Below are positions 27,510 to 40,309 of a stretch of DNA of 64,000 nucleotides, one piece after another. The notes under the pieces are model-generated. The model did no database searches and was not told the DNA's origin. It saw only the letters and a program-made list of their open reading frames with translations. How positions within the stretch are numbered: position 1 is the first letter of the stretch; each line of letters opens with the position of its first letter. A program made the position numbers and the translations under genes. Source of the DNA: Camelus dromedarius (Eukaryota); contig NC_087447.1 in the NCBI RefSeq assembly GCF_036321535.1, forward strand, positions 45,386,001 to 45,450,000. Reading direction: 5' to 3'.

Positions 27510-30339
27510 CCAGATGAAGAGGAAAGAAGAAGAAAAGAAGAGGGGTTGGGAGGAGGAGAAGAAAAACAAACAAAAAACAGGTGCAGGAAACAGCTGGTGA
27601 TATTCTGGACTGAAAGAGGCCAGAATACAGAGAGGGGCTATGGTAGCTTGTTGGTCTAGGCATTTAAGAGGTTTTCCTGATGCCTCAGACTCAGTAAGAT
27701 AGGGGTTGTGAAAATTTGGTTTCAGAAAGAACCCTTCTGGGGCTATGATCAGCAAAGGCTAAAAGGGGTTAGGGAAAGGAGCCAACATTAACTGCCCCCT
27801 CTGGGTCATACAAACAAAGGATCCTGGTTACTCATAATTCCTCATGGTGGATGAGCTTGTTAATGAATGAGATCTAACCATAATCACTACTGCTTCTTTT
27901 AAAGCCCTGCTTACTTACCAAACCTCGAAGTTATCCTTTTCTAGAGAGATGTAGATTTTTTATTCAGAGAACATGCTATGCTATAGCTTCAATACATAAT
28001 GCCCAAAGTATTGAAAATAGCATGCCTAAGTGAAAAAAAAAAGCCATTCACTTTTCAGAATTCAAAAGTCACCAAGGCAAGGACCACTCAACCTTCTAAC
28101 AGCAGAGGTGGAATCTTACCATAGAATTTCCATCATTTTGGGATATAGACGTCTAAGTCCTATACCTCGAAGAGTACCATTTGAATCAACCTTAGGTAGA
28201 AATGTAAACACTGAGTTTATGTATGCTTTAGAGCCGCTACATTTGAATGAAGTTTATAAATTACTACTTGACTTCGGTCTTAAGTAAGAGCCATGAGAAA
28301 TGGACCAACGACCTATGGTAGTGCAGTAAAGGGAAGGAAGACTAGCAAGCACGGACTCTAATGATAATGTCATTCCTTCTGACTACTTAGAGTTGTCTTA
28401 GTTCATAGAATACATCAGGCAATACTATTTAAAATAAACAGAAAAATAGAAATCTCTCAGAACTTTAATCAGAAAAATAAACGAAGGCAACTTTGCTTAA
28501 GGTCAAAAAGCATCAAGGAAACCAAGAGAGTAAAGTTCTGACATAGGAAAATAGGAAGTTCCTGACTTTACTAAGTTGTCATACTCAAGCTTGAACTTTC
28601 AAGGTTCATCATGTCGACAAGTGTGCAATGACTGGCTGGTTCTGGCTTCCCATCTCCTCTTCCCAGTAAAGATTCCTCTTGCTTAATTAACGTTAACACA
28701 TTACCTCTGGCTATGCCTTAGCCACATAGGTCCTGGAGGTCAGTCAAATCATCGATGTCTATGCTGTAAGTCACCAACTATAAGAAGTTCCTCTGAGAAT
28801 GAAACCCAGCTCTGGTTCAGGGTCACCTACAACCTTTGTGAGAGATGATGCAGAGGCATGGTGTTTACAAAGCAGCGGTGTTGCCAGACCACTGTTGCAC
28901 ATTAGTCTCTCATTTTTGGCAATCATAACAGAAAATGGCAGCTGGCAGAATTTCCTGCTACTCGTGGTACCCAACTTATTCTTGGCTAATGCAACACTTG
29001 ACAGAAACTCTGATCCCATCTATTTCTGTTGTAGGAATATATACTCAGATGCATAATGGAAACCAACTAACTTATAGCCTCTCTAACCAAGAGTCCTAAG
29101 CAGCTTTTTGTACCTTCAGTGATTCATAAACCCTGTCCATAATTTGCCAATTTTGAAATTAAAAGTAAAATAACTCATTTGTGGTGAAGAAGAACTTTTG
29201 AAGAAATTTTTCCCAGATAATACTATGAAAAACCATTTGCAGTAGCATCAAAGATGTATTTTCCCTACTAACAATGTAATTTATATAATTCACCATACTA
29301 ATAGCACCTAAAGATGATACAATATTTGACTTCAGGATTAGTATATATGTAGTAAATTAGCTAGCAAGATTTTAAAAAATAATTTAATTTTTTCCTGCTA
29401 AAAAGAGGCATCTTTTTCATTTCTTAAAATTTAGCACAGAGTTTACCAAAGTACAAATGCTACATGATATCCCAAGGGGCGGGAGTTAATTCATCAAATT
29501 TTGAAGTTTCTTTTAAAAAGTCATTTTTTAAATTTAAATACCTAAAGATAGAACATGTTTTTTACTTTATTAATTTTAACTTTACAGGTAATAAATGAAT
29601 AGTCTTAGTTTCTTTTTTTCTGACCATTTAATCTTTCTGATCTATCATGGATAACCATGTCAACTTATCTCTCCAAACTTTGGGTTTTTCATCCTGAAAA
29701 AAAGAGACAAAAACCATAGGAGAGATAAATAAAATACTTCAAAACGAGAAGCTGAGATAATTGAACTTGAGTCAACAAGCACCTAAACATAAATGAAACT
29801 ATATTCAGCCCACAGGATCTTCAGAATCAGAATTCATACATCTCGTATTGAGCTACAGACATGCTGCTTTTAAACATGGTAAAACTTCCTGAAGCCCTTT
29901 TCCACAACTTTAGTGATGAGAAAACATGGGATGGACCAGATCCCTGGAAACAAGCCAACTCTGTTCCAAAAGGCTGTTACTAGAGGAGAATATAATCCAC
30001 TCTTCAATACAGCTGGAACTGGCTGAGATTCTGTGTCAACAATTGCTTTTTTTTTTTTTTTTAACCCTGATTTTATCCCTGTCACCATCCTTAACCCCAA
30101 AATTAAACCTGGTTTGACTGGAACTCTTTCTTTATCTTGGGCTTGGCTTCTCTCTAGGAATTTTTCTGGAAGAAAGAGAATGGCAGAGACACATGTCATC
30201 CTGGAGGATGATGTGAGGAGCAAAAAGGGTGCAAAGGCGGAATGAATGGAAAATTGTGTTGTCGGTGGAGGAGGAGCCAAGAAAGGAAAGGTTTCTCAGA
30301 AACCAATATACATTATCACGAACCCAGTATACATCTTCA

Positions 30340-30450
30340 GTACTGACCATTTCCTGACCTGACTCCACCCCTGAGGGACAAAGCTTGACCAATGACTTCT
30401 AAGTACTAGGGGAAAGAAGGGGCCAGCAGTCCAGCAGTAAAGAATAAAAG
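30340..30450 (+). promoter_or_regulatory. HBE1: Epsilon-globin promoter
   Basis: CCACCC at 30365-30370, TGACCAAT with CCAAT at 30389-30393, ATA box AATAAAA at 30443-30449. Confidence 0.9.
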
Positions 30451-30526
30451 GTCACACCTTCTGACAGCAGCACATACTTGCTTCTGACACTTCTGCGATC
30501 ACCTGTCAGCTCCAAGACCTGACATC

Positions 30527-31941
30527 ATGGTGCTTTTTACTGCCGAGGAGAAAGCTGCTGTCACCAGCCTGTGGGGCAAAGTGAATGTGGAAGAGGCTGG
30601 AGGCGAGGTTCTGGGCAGGTAGGAACTGGATTTCAGTGCACGGGGGAGGATGGTGAATATGAGCTTGGCAAATTGACCAGGGAAGTACTCAAGGTTTTGG
30701 AGAGTTGCTGATCTTCCATCTGCTATGGTCATGTCTCCTAGGCTCCTGGTAGTCTACCCCTGGACCCAGAGGTTCTTTGACAGCTTTGGCAACCTGTCCT
30801 CTCCCTCTGCCATAATGGGAAATCCCAAGGTCAAGGCCCATGGCAAGAAGGTGCTGACCTCCTTCGGAGATGCTATTAAGAACATGGACAACCTCAAGGG
30901 CGCCTTTGCTAAGCTGAGTGAGCTGCACTGTGACAAGCTGCACGTGGACCCTGAGAACTTTAGGGTGAGTTCAGAAAATACTCATTTTTTTCACTTTTTA
31001 CTTTGGATTAACAATGAAAGTTGTGTCTTTGGTTGGAAAGAATAGCAAAGATTTCAGAAATCATAGGTTGAACTTGGTGTTGTGGGGCAGACCTCCAGTG
31101 GACATAACTAAGCCCATCTTGATTCAAAACTAGTGACAGTAAAGGGCTACTAGTAGCCTGAATTGGCTTAAAACTTTTCAGGAACTTTTGTCAGAACTGC
31201 ATGTGTTTACACTAGCGAATAAGAGGAATGAAGTTGGCTTTTGGTGGATGAAGGCCTGCCTTTTGGAAGGAGAAATATCTTATTTTATGTAGTTCCTGAT
31301 GATTGAAGTTTAGAAAGAGATTTGGGAGAAAAAAATTTTAGGCAGATTGTCTCAAAGAAAAATACAACAACTAATCTCCAATATTTTAAATTCCTTGTCA
31401 GTTTTGTGACTATGTGAAAGCTTATTCCTGCATTGGTTGGAGACTTTACTAAACACTCTAAGAACCTATGTAGCTCTGAAATCCTATGATTACAGAAATT
31501 AGACCATGGGTAAATGTGAGAGGGAGGGAGAGAGACAAAGGAAAGTGGGGAAATGTGAGAGAGGGTGGGGATATAGGTAGGCAGAATGTTGAATGGAGGG
31601 CCCATTAATTAAAATTAAAAATTTAAGGACTTAAACTTGAAGTTAAATTTAAGAACTAGCTTATCTGAATTCATTGCATAGGCACAATCTTTGAAGAAGT
31701 TTAAGATGTGGAGTTGGGAGAGGGTGTGAGTATTGAGATTTTTTTCCCTGTAATTCTTTCTGGAAACTTCTACTCAACCTGCCTAATTGTCATTTTGTCT
31801 TTTACCTAACAGCTCCTGGGCAACGTGATGGTGATCGTCCTGGCTTCTCACTTTGGTAGAGATTTCACCCCTGATGTGCAGGCTGCTTGGCAGAAGCTGG
31901 TGGCTGGTGTCGCCAATGCTCTGGCCCACAAGTACCATTGA
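30527..31941 (+). CDS. HBE1: Hemoglobin subunit epsilon, intact; coding exons 30527-30618, 30742-30964, 31813-31941
   Basis: Canonical 92/223/129-nt exons with GT-AG introns. Protein [67 protein letters not shown]...[57 protein letters not shown]. First gene after the LCR. Confidence 0.97.
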
Positions 31942-32038
31942 GTCCTCTTTTCAGTTCACCAGAGCCCTTTTGTGTCCCCACCGCCTTCCTTCTGCATGTG
32001 GGGACTGGGGTTTGGCCTTGAGAGCACAGCTTCTTCTT

Positions 32039-32044
32039 AATAAA
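32039..32044 (+). terminator. HBE1: HBE1 polyadenylation signal
   Basis: AATAAA about 100 nt after the stop codon. Confidence 0.85.
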
Positions 32045-33941
32045 ATACATTCTATTCATTAATCAAAAATTAATATTGTGTCTTCTCCATCATTGACTCT
32101 TGTGTTAAAGGAGAAAAGGTTCATTGGCTGAGGGGTGAGGAAGAGACATAGGGAGAAACAGGAGCCCTTTAAGAAGAGTGCTGGGACTCATCAACAGAAG
32201 ATAGACATTTTGGGAGGATTCTGGATGATCTGGGAGGATGCTGAGATGGAGAAGTTTTCTGGGGTGGAAAGTGGTTAGTTAAGTGGGCAGACCTTATTAT
32301 GGTACAGTGCAACAAAAACTTACCAAAGGGGGAAAGAAAGGAGGTAGTAAGCCATATCTGAGGGGAAAATAAGGTAGATTTGTGGTACCTGCCAGAGTTC
32401 AGTTTAAAAAAGAAAGCTTTGTAGGGATCTATGGTCTAGGCTGGAGTTACTATTTCAGTTGGCTCTAATGTACATTTTGAATGAGCTAAGTTGTCATATA
32501 TCTTGTGCGTTTGGATTGGAGATAAGAAGATGAGTTGAGGGATGGCTAAGGGTCTTCCAGAAAAAGTCTCCATGAACCGACAACAGCCTGCTCTTTCCTA
32601 AACGGTCCTACTGTCTTCCTGGGGAGCCAAGGCTAAGACACTTGGAATCACTGTGCATTCCGACTGAATGTAACATGAATTGAAATAAAGTTAGTGTTAG
32701 GATATTGTGTAAATTTTCGGGGGCAGGGGGAGAATGATCAAGTCTTCATGTAGGAGTTAAGATACCAAAAAAAGCTCATTGTCTAAAACTAGCAAGCCAG
32801 GGCTTGGTAACTTGCATAAGAATGGCTCTCTGGAAGTAGAAGGGAGAGTAAGACATAGGTGAGTAGAAAGGCTAGATAGTGCAAGGGCTTGAAAAAAACA
32901 GTAAAAGCTCTTACTATGCTAATGGCAAGATTAAACAATAAACATTCTTAGAACTTTAAACGACTTAAGGAATAGGATTTGGAGGGAAGTAATCTGCTTA
33001 ATACACACAAAATGACTTAAAAATTGCAAAGACTAGATATGGATGCTAGTTTAGGGGAACAGACATAATGGCCTCAACCCAAGAGGAGGAGCGAGGACTG
33101 CATAAAGTGAGGGACAGACAAAGCGAGAGTGAAGAAGACATGTTTTCTAATCGGGTAGGGTAGATGAGGAGGAAGGAGGTAGGTGGTGGTAGATGACCGA
33201 AAGCTCCCAGCCTGGGTCTATCAAGAAGAGATCTGCGATGACCTGGAAACCCTCATATAGGGATGCCATTAACTCAATCACTCTTGAGGGAGTTATTGCT
33301 AGGTTGCTCAGGGAATTAAGACCTTCAGGACTTGAGTCAAATTCTCATATCAAAGATTGAGACTTCCACACTTTACAAGTTAGAGTGCCACATCTTGGCA
33401 AATTTAACTCTATTAGGCATTTCATTGCTCCCACATGTTGATCAGAATTTGTCCTGTGAATTACCTTCAAATTTGACCTTTTGTGTCCAGAATGGGAATG
33501 AGAGACCAATGATTACACAGTCGCAGGCTGTCAACAGTACTGGTCTCTCTGAGCCTTATAGAGGCTCATTATGCCTCTAAACAGAGTAAACAGAGGCTAT
33601 TCACGGCACTAAACCTTTGTACATAATCAGTCAGTCAACAAATGGGAGCAATGTACATTTTCAATCCATCAATCTCTTCATCTTTCTTGCCCCTCAACTA
33701 TTATTCTGACTTATACTCTGAGTCTGCAATAATGGGCAACCCCAAGGTCAAGGCCTATGACAGGAAGGAGCTGACCTCCTTTGGAAATGCTGTTAAGCAT
33801 GTGGATGACCTCAAGGGCACTTCTGCTAAGCCTAGTGAGAGGCACTGTGATGCATTGCCTGTGGATCCTGAGAACTTCAGAGTGAGTTCTGGGCATGCGT
33901 GTGCTCCATTCTCTCATCCCAGGTATCTGTGCTAGGGCTAC

Positions 33942-34165
33942 TTTTTTTTTAATTCTTATTTTTCACTGAAGCATAGTCGATTCACAATGTTAGTTTCAGG
34001 CGTGCAGCAAAGAGATTCAGTTATACATATACATACTTACTTTTTTTTTTTTTTCATTTCTTTTCCCTTACGGCTCATTACAAGATACTGAAGATATATC
34101 CCTGTGTTATACAAGTAGGTCCTTGTTGTTTATCTATTTTATATGCAGTGATGTGTATCTGTTAA
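33942..34165 (-). mobile_element. LINE-1 3' fragment in eta copy 1 intron 2
   Basis: T-tail followed by gaagcatagtcgattcacaatgttagtttcagg...gtgtatctgttaat. Confidence 0.7.
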
Positions 34166-34694
34166 TTAATGCTACTTTTGATAACAGAAGCAGCTACCTC
34201 TTGTGAAATAGGGGTTAGCTGTGGGGAATGGTATTTTGGTGATGGGATTGATTTTGAAAGAGTTCTGTAAATGGCATAGCTGAGCCTAGGTAGAATAAGA
34301 AATAGACATAGTAGAAGGCCACTTGCATTTGATATTTCTGAAAAATACATCTTATAAAGAGTACTGACTGAAATTAAACTCAATGTCTTGGACTTGGGGA
34401 CACAAGTTTGGGCAAGGAGAAGAGCATCTGGCCATTGGTAACTGAAAATTTCTGTGAAAATTGATGGACAACTTTTGGCACGGTTCCTTTTTTTTTTTTT
34501 TAACATTTTAAAATTCACAGTTCTTGAAGTTAGAACAGAACCAACAAGGACAAAGTAAGGGCAAGCTTTTCAAAAAGATGAAAATTTCCTCTTGCATAAT
34601 GATAATTTGTCCTCGTACCCATGGTGCAGGGTTCTTTTTTATATGAATGCTCAGGAAAATTGTACGCATGTAATGACTGGAGACTTACACTACT

Positions 34695-34860
34695 TCTTTT
34701 TTAAAAATTAAAGTATAGTTATTTTGCAATATTGTTTTTCTTTCAGGTGTACAGCAAAGTGATTGTTATACAAATATATACACATATTTTTCTTTTTTCT
34801 GATTCTTTTTCATTATAGTTTATTACAAAATATTGAATATAGTTCCATATGCTATATGTA
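34695..34860 (-). mobile_element. LINE-1 3' fragment in eta copy 1 intron 2
   Basis: aagtatagttattttgcaatattg...caggtgtacagcaaagtgatt...gaatatagttccatatgctata. Confidence 0.7.
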
Positions 34861-36169
34861 CTATTTCTTAAGACCCCTGGAAGTACTATAGTCTTCCTTT
34901 TAAAAAAAAAAGACTAGAGTAAAGCAATTCATAACAATGTTCTGGGATTGTGAGTTGGCAGGGCAAATGACAGGAGGATAGAATACAACGGGAGACAGAA
35001 AGCTGGGAGTCCTATTGAAGCCAACGTGGAGCCCATAGTGACATTTTTTTTTGTGTGTGTGTGGGAATGTGGCCCTGTAAGTTGCTCAAACTCAGGTCAG
35101 GCAGCAAATGGGTATTGTATCTATCTACTGTAAGGCCAGATTGAGGCTTTCTGTTTACTGTGTACTATCTTCTTTTCATCTGCAATCTCTCCCCAGCTCC
35201 TAGGCAACGTGATTTTGATAATCTTGGCAACCCACTTCAGCAAGGAATTTACCTCACAGATGCAGGATGCCTGACAGAAGCTGACAACTACTGTGATTTA
35301 TGCTCTGGCCCACAGGTACCACTGAATTGCCTGTCCAACCAAGCTGGTGGAGTGATCTGTGTTCCAAGAGAGTGCCCTGTCTCCAGACTTAACTCCTGAT
35401 AAAATGAAAAAAATTATACTCTATATGAAATGTTCTTGTCTTTTCCTCTGTGCCTTTTGCTTTTGTGTCTACTCAGAAGATAGCAAGAATTCCATGGGGA
35501 TTGGATGTTTTGGAGATGGGGCGTGTGAAGAGGATAAAACAGAGACATTTGTGAGATTAGATAAGACAACACACAACTTGTGGGTCATTAAGCTTCATAA
35601 GGTTCAGTGCAAGAAATGCAGAATGGAGGGACTCATGACAGATGTAAAAGCATTGCTGGTGGTAGTATAGGATAGATTCCTATCTGTACAAACTGAGGAT
35701 TGAGCACAGTTTGGGATTAGAGTTTATCTAATGTAGTTTTTGATCAGCTGTACTGGGATGAATTTGTTTCTCAGAGTATAAATAGCTACGTAGGCATATA
35801 TAGACTCCATTTAAGGGAGAAACCTAGAATTCACAAAGATATTGCTAAGGCTATTAATACATTTGCTGGATATTTGTACAAAATTGCTTCTAAAGAGCCA
35901 TTTCAAACTTACATCCTATCCAGAAGCAGAGTGACGTGTGTCTGAGGGAGGGAAACAGCCAGGACATGTGGTCTAGAGTGGGCATAAAAAGAAAGCTATG
36001 AGTTTTGGGTTTTAAGCCCATAAAATATGAGGTGGGTGGTGTTAAGAAGATATAAAGAGTGAAATTATGGTCAGGTATTAGTCTAGCAAGAGGAATAAAT
36101 CAGCAGTGTTTAGTGCCTTGGCAAGGCCCCAGCTTTGAGGGAAGTTGACACAGCTTGGTTCCAGGTGGG

Positions 36170-36400
36170 AGTTGAAAGGCCAGCCTGGAGCTCTCTGCTT
36201 ACTGTGCATATCTGTTATCTCTTTCCACCTCCACAGACCTTGGGAAGAAGCTAGTGATTTTTCTTGATAAACCATTTTGAAAAAGAATTCACCCCTCAAG
36301 TGCAGGCTGCTTGGCAGAAGACAATGACTGAACTGGTTAAAGTCATGGCTCACAAGTATCACGGAGAGCCCTGCCCAGGAGTGTAGAGTCACTAAGGAAC
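36170..36400 (+). pseudogene. Gamma-globin relic: end of intron 2 plus degenerate exon 3 (36237-36365)
   Basis: Exon-3 frame [13 protein letters not shown]...MAHKYH, with compensating indels near its start and the stop codon changed to GGA. The upstream GGCCAGCCTGGAGCTCTCTGCTTACTGTG resembles the HBG intron-2 3' end as recalled from human, unlike the epsilon, eta and beta introns here. Confidence 0.72.
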
Positions 36401-36609
36401 AGCTGTTTTTGGTTGGTTTGTTTGTTTTTGTAGGCTGTAACAAAGGTTTATTTCTCCTTTTTTTTAAACACCTTTATTGTGGCATGGTTCCTGTACAGTA
36501 AACTACACATATTTCAGATGTACAATTAGATGAATTTTGATAGATGTATACACTTACGAAACCACACCACAATCAAGATACCTAACATTTCCATCACTCC
36601 CCAAAAGGT

Positions 36610-36880
36610 GCAATTTTTGAATTCCCAATGTATCCCTTCTCACCCTCTTTACCCCCTGGTAACCATAAGTTTATTCTCGATGTCGGTCTGTTTCTATTTT
36701 GTAGATAAGTTCATTTGTGTCCTTTTTTTTTTTTTAAGATTCCACATATAAGTGACATCATATGGCATTTTTCTTTCTCTTTCTGCCTCACTTCACTTAG
36801 AATGGCGATCTCCAGGTTCATTCATGTTGCTGCAAATGGTACTATTTTATTCTTTTTTATGGCTGAATAGTATTCCACAT
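36610..36880 (-). mobile_element. LINE-1 3'UTR fragment
   Basis: ccctggtaaccataagttt...gattccacatataagtgacatcatatgg...ttcatgttgctgcaaatgg. Confidence 0.75.
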
Positions 36881-37329
36881 ATATATATAATAGTATACCA
36901 ATACATACATAAATAAAATGGGAGACAATGCTCAAGCATGCAGATTGGCTACTACAGCATTTCAAGAGAGAGAGATCATTGCAAACTGCTTAGAGAGATG
37001 AAGGTTTAGGTGGGGGACATGAACCAAAAGAGGCTCAAAAGTCAGCTCAGAGCCACAGATCAGTACCGTGAGATCAAAAGGAAAAGGAAAGAAATAGCAT
37101 AGAGTGGTTGGAGAGGCTAGATCACAGGATTTTTTTTCTATGACTAGAAGTTAATGCCTGTTTTTAGGCAAGAGTACAATGTGATAAACAGAGAAGTTAG
37201 GAAGATTAGTTTGGATGTGGGCACTGAATAGATGAGACATTATGTGAATGCAAGATTTACACATCTCTACTGGCTTTCATTTTTATTCTAAAGCCTTAGC
37301 AGACGTGGGGGTAAGGAGTCGAGGAAGTT

Positions 37330-37660
37330 GATTAAGGTGGGCTAAATTTATAAACTTCCAGTTATAAGATAAATGAGTACTAGGGATGTAATTTACAACA
37401 AGATGACTATCGTTAACACTGCTGTATGGTATATTTGAAAGCTGCTAAGAGAACACCCTAAAAGTTCTCGTTATAAAGAGAAATTTTTTTTCTTTTTTTG
37501 TTATCTATATTAGATATTAGATGTTAACTAAGTGTGGCAATCTTTTCACAATATATGTAAGTCAAATCATTACGCTGTACACCTTAAACTTATGCAGGGC
37601 TGTATGTCAATTATATCTCAATAAAACTGGAATTAAATTTTAAAAATTAAAAAATAAAGT
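37330..37660 (+). mobile_element. LINE-1 3' end (L1MA-like)
   Basis: aacttccagttataagataaatgagtactagggatgtaat...ctgtacaccttaaactta...ttatatctcaataaaactgg. Confidence 0.7.
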
Positions 37661-37689
37661 CAAAATATAATACCCACTCTAATCTCATG

Positions 37690-38195
37690 TACCAAAATAA
37701 TAAGGCCTAGGCTCACCTCTCCAACTTTACTTCCTCCCACTCTTCCCTTAACACATTTTACTCTGCCTTTGTAATGTTTTTATCTAAACCTCAAGTTTGT
37801 TTTTCCTTTCTCTCTTTTTTCTTTTCTCTCCAGCCTCAGAATTTTGCACTTAACCTTCCCACTTCCAGCAACTTGTTTCTCCACATGACTCGTGCCTAAC
37901 CCCATCTTGTCATCAAGGCTTTTGCTTCAAGTGTGACTTCCTTTAGGACATGTATCTTTATATTATTTTTCTGTCATCACTTGCTACTATATCATCAGAT
38001 GCATTTCCTTCTTGTCATAAAACACAATCTGAAGTTATCCTATTTATTTACTAGCTTAATTGTTAATGTTAGTCTTCTCTGTCCACTAGAATGTGAGCAT
38101 CATGAGATTAGATTAAACTGTTTTGTTCATCCAATATTCCCGCTGTTTAAAACAATGCATGGCATGAGTGGCCTCAATACATGCATGTTTTTAAT
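37690..38195 (+). mobile_element. L2 LINE 3' remnant
   Basis: ccactagaatgtgagcatcatgag...ctgttttgttca...caatgcatggcatgagtggcctcaatacat; degenerate L2 3' end. Confidence 0.5.
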
Positions 38196-39713
38196 ACATC
38201 ATGAAGGAGTGGAAGACAGTTAGATGACTAAGATGATGATCTAGCCTTGATGTGACAAGCATCTAGGTAACAGTGGGAGCAGTGGGCATGGAATAAACTG
38301 GAAATGTGGAACAATCATGATCAAAAAGAATCAAAAAGTCTCGGAAAGTGACTGTCTAAAAAGGATGAGAGAAAAACAGAAGTTAGAGGTAACTTTTAGA
38401 ATCACTACCTGGTTTGCTGGAAAGATGAGCAGTTATTCATCAACATTTATTAGTGTAGCCAATGTCCCTGAGTCTGAGGGATTGCACTGTGCATGCACTC
38501 CTGTGAAGATGGGTATGAGGATCAAGTACATCAGCAAGTACCTGGAGCCACCCCTGCAAGCCACACCCACAACTGAGTCTAAGTGGGATTCCTAGCTGTG
38601 GTCAGAATTTCCTCTCCTTTCTTTTATTTCATGGATCTCTTCTCTTGAAGCAAATCCTTTTGGCATTAATTCAAACTCTTTTCCTTCTATCTCTGTACCA
38701 AAATGCTCACATCAACACAGCTGGGGACTGAAAGCTCACAGATAGTCAAGTTGGTCATGGTAAACTAGCTTCTGGAAACTTAGCACTTCTTATCCACATT
38801 TTACATTTAAGTCTTTTCTAAACTGAAAAGATAAAATTCTCTCACTATATCAAATAGACAGAAAAGATTTCTTTTCTTTTCTTTTCTTTTTTAAAGATTT
38901 TTCTAATAGTAGAAATTCAGCAATAATAATATTGGCTTGAACTGTTCAAATTTTAGGATAACACTATAAATATACATGTAGATTATTTATTACACATATG
39001 TATATGCATATACCTATATGTATATATTTATTATACAGAATAAATAAACTCCATGTATATATACATATATTTTTGGGGGGTGGTAATATTGATCTCAAGG
39101 AGAAACAAAAAAACTGCTTTCTAGAGCTCAAAATGCAAGAGCAATAAATTCTGAGAAAATAAAATAAAATGAACCATTCCCTCTCTCACTAGACGTGTAT
39201 ACCCTGTCTAGTTCTATAAATGCTTGTTTGAGATGCATGAGACCAAAGTACCTTAGATCACAGTGGCAGTGGTGTGTGGTATACTATCAGTGAAGAATGT
39301 CTCTGCCTGATTAGACAGAAGGGAACGTTAAACACAGGAAGAGAGCAAACACCAGACACAACTCCCTTAATCCCTAGCCATTGCCAAGGAGAATTCTAAT
39401 ACTCTCTTCACTGATCACAAGAACTCATTTTCCCCAACACTCAATTGCATATTCTCTGACAAAAATGTGTAGATACATGTATTGGCCAGAGACACTTGTC
39501 CATATAATCAGAATGAGAAAAATATGTTCAGACAAGTGCATATATTATTAATAGAACTCAACAACAATGAGTTCAACTCAAGCTCAGTTTTTCTCTAAAT
39601 TACCCAGTCTTATCTATCTTGTTCACAAAGTGATGCTGGACTGGGGTCTTTCTTCTTGTTTACAAGAACTATAAATTATGAGCCCCACCTAAGCTTTACA
39701 AAACTTGGTAACT

Positions 39714-39860
39714 GGGGGAGGGTACAGCTCAGTGGTAGAGTGCATGCTTAACATGCAGGAGGTCCTGGGTTCAATTCCCAGTACCTCCATTAAAATAAAT
39801 ATACCTAATCACCTCCCTCCCGCCCTCCAATTTTTTTTTAATTAAAAAAAAAAGAATTAA
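39714..39860 (+). mobile_element. vic-1-type SINE upstream of eta
   Basis: Full SINE body; TSD AAAA(C/A)TTGGTAACT at 39700-39713 and 39861-39874. Confidence 0.9.
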
Positions 39861-40144
39861 AAAAATTGGTAACTCAGAAGAGCTGTGGCTTCTTCTATAA
39901 CCTTGGTGAACAGCAGAATGAAGTCTTGTAAACACTTGACATAATGTCCAATAGATCTCTAATTCTTACCCTTCCTAATTCTAGTAGGTCAGCCTACTGA
40001 TTGCTTCAGGGATAGTGGAGGTGGAGAGATTGAGATATGAACTGCAGAATAGATGGTAGGGGAGAGGACAGCAGAAGCCCCCTGATGGAGCCACCCAACA
40101 CTATCAGAGACACAAATGTCCATCTTGCTGACCCTCCCTTGTCC

Positions 40145-40245
40145 AAGTTCCACCCTTGGTGGTGACAACCCACCCTTGACCAATAGTATCGTTTTATTGG
40201 GAGAAGCAAGGGCCTGGGGACAAGAGAGGAAGAACAAAAGGCCAT
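40145..40245 (+). promoter_or_regulatory. Eta-globin promoter with decayed ATA box
   Basis: CCACCC at 40150-40155 and 40170-40175, CCAAT at 40180-40184; the ATA box reads AACAAAA (40233-40239) where epsilon has AATAAAA. Confidence 0.75.
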
Positions 40246-40309
40246 GTAGAGAAGCAGTGGCACAAACTTGCTCTGGCACTCTGGTGATCACCATAAGCTC
40301 CCAGACACC

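Larger units (their letters stand above)
33709..35325 (+). pseudogene. 5'-truncated eta-globin-type pseudogene (copy 1): 3' part of exon 2 (33709-33881), intron 2, exon 3 (35197-35325)
   Basis: Exon 2 part, intron 2 and 3' flank align with the eta gene at 40310-41724. No promoter or exon 1 seen. Distal His is changed to Tyr (KAYD). Premature TGA at 35272-35274. Two L1 fragments lie in the intron. Confidence 0.88.

Noticed and set aside
27072..27755. Long poly-Leu, Ser-Pro and Glu-Gly ORFs
   Set aside because: These are translations of the purine microsatellite, not genes
39714..39790. tRNA-like sequences here and at 11570, 20058, 20293, 50728 and 58746
   Set aside because: They are tRNA-derived SINE heads with SINE tails, some with TSDs, and are not tRNA genes
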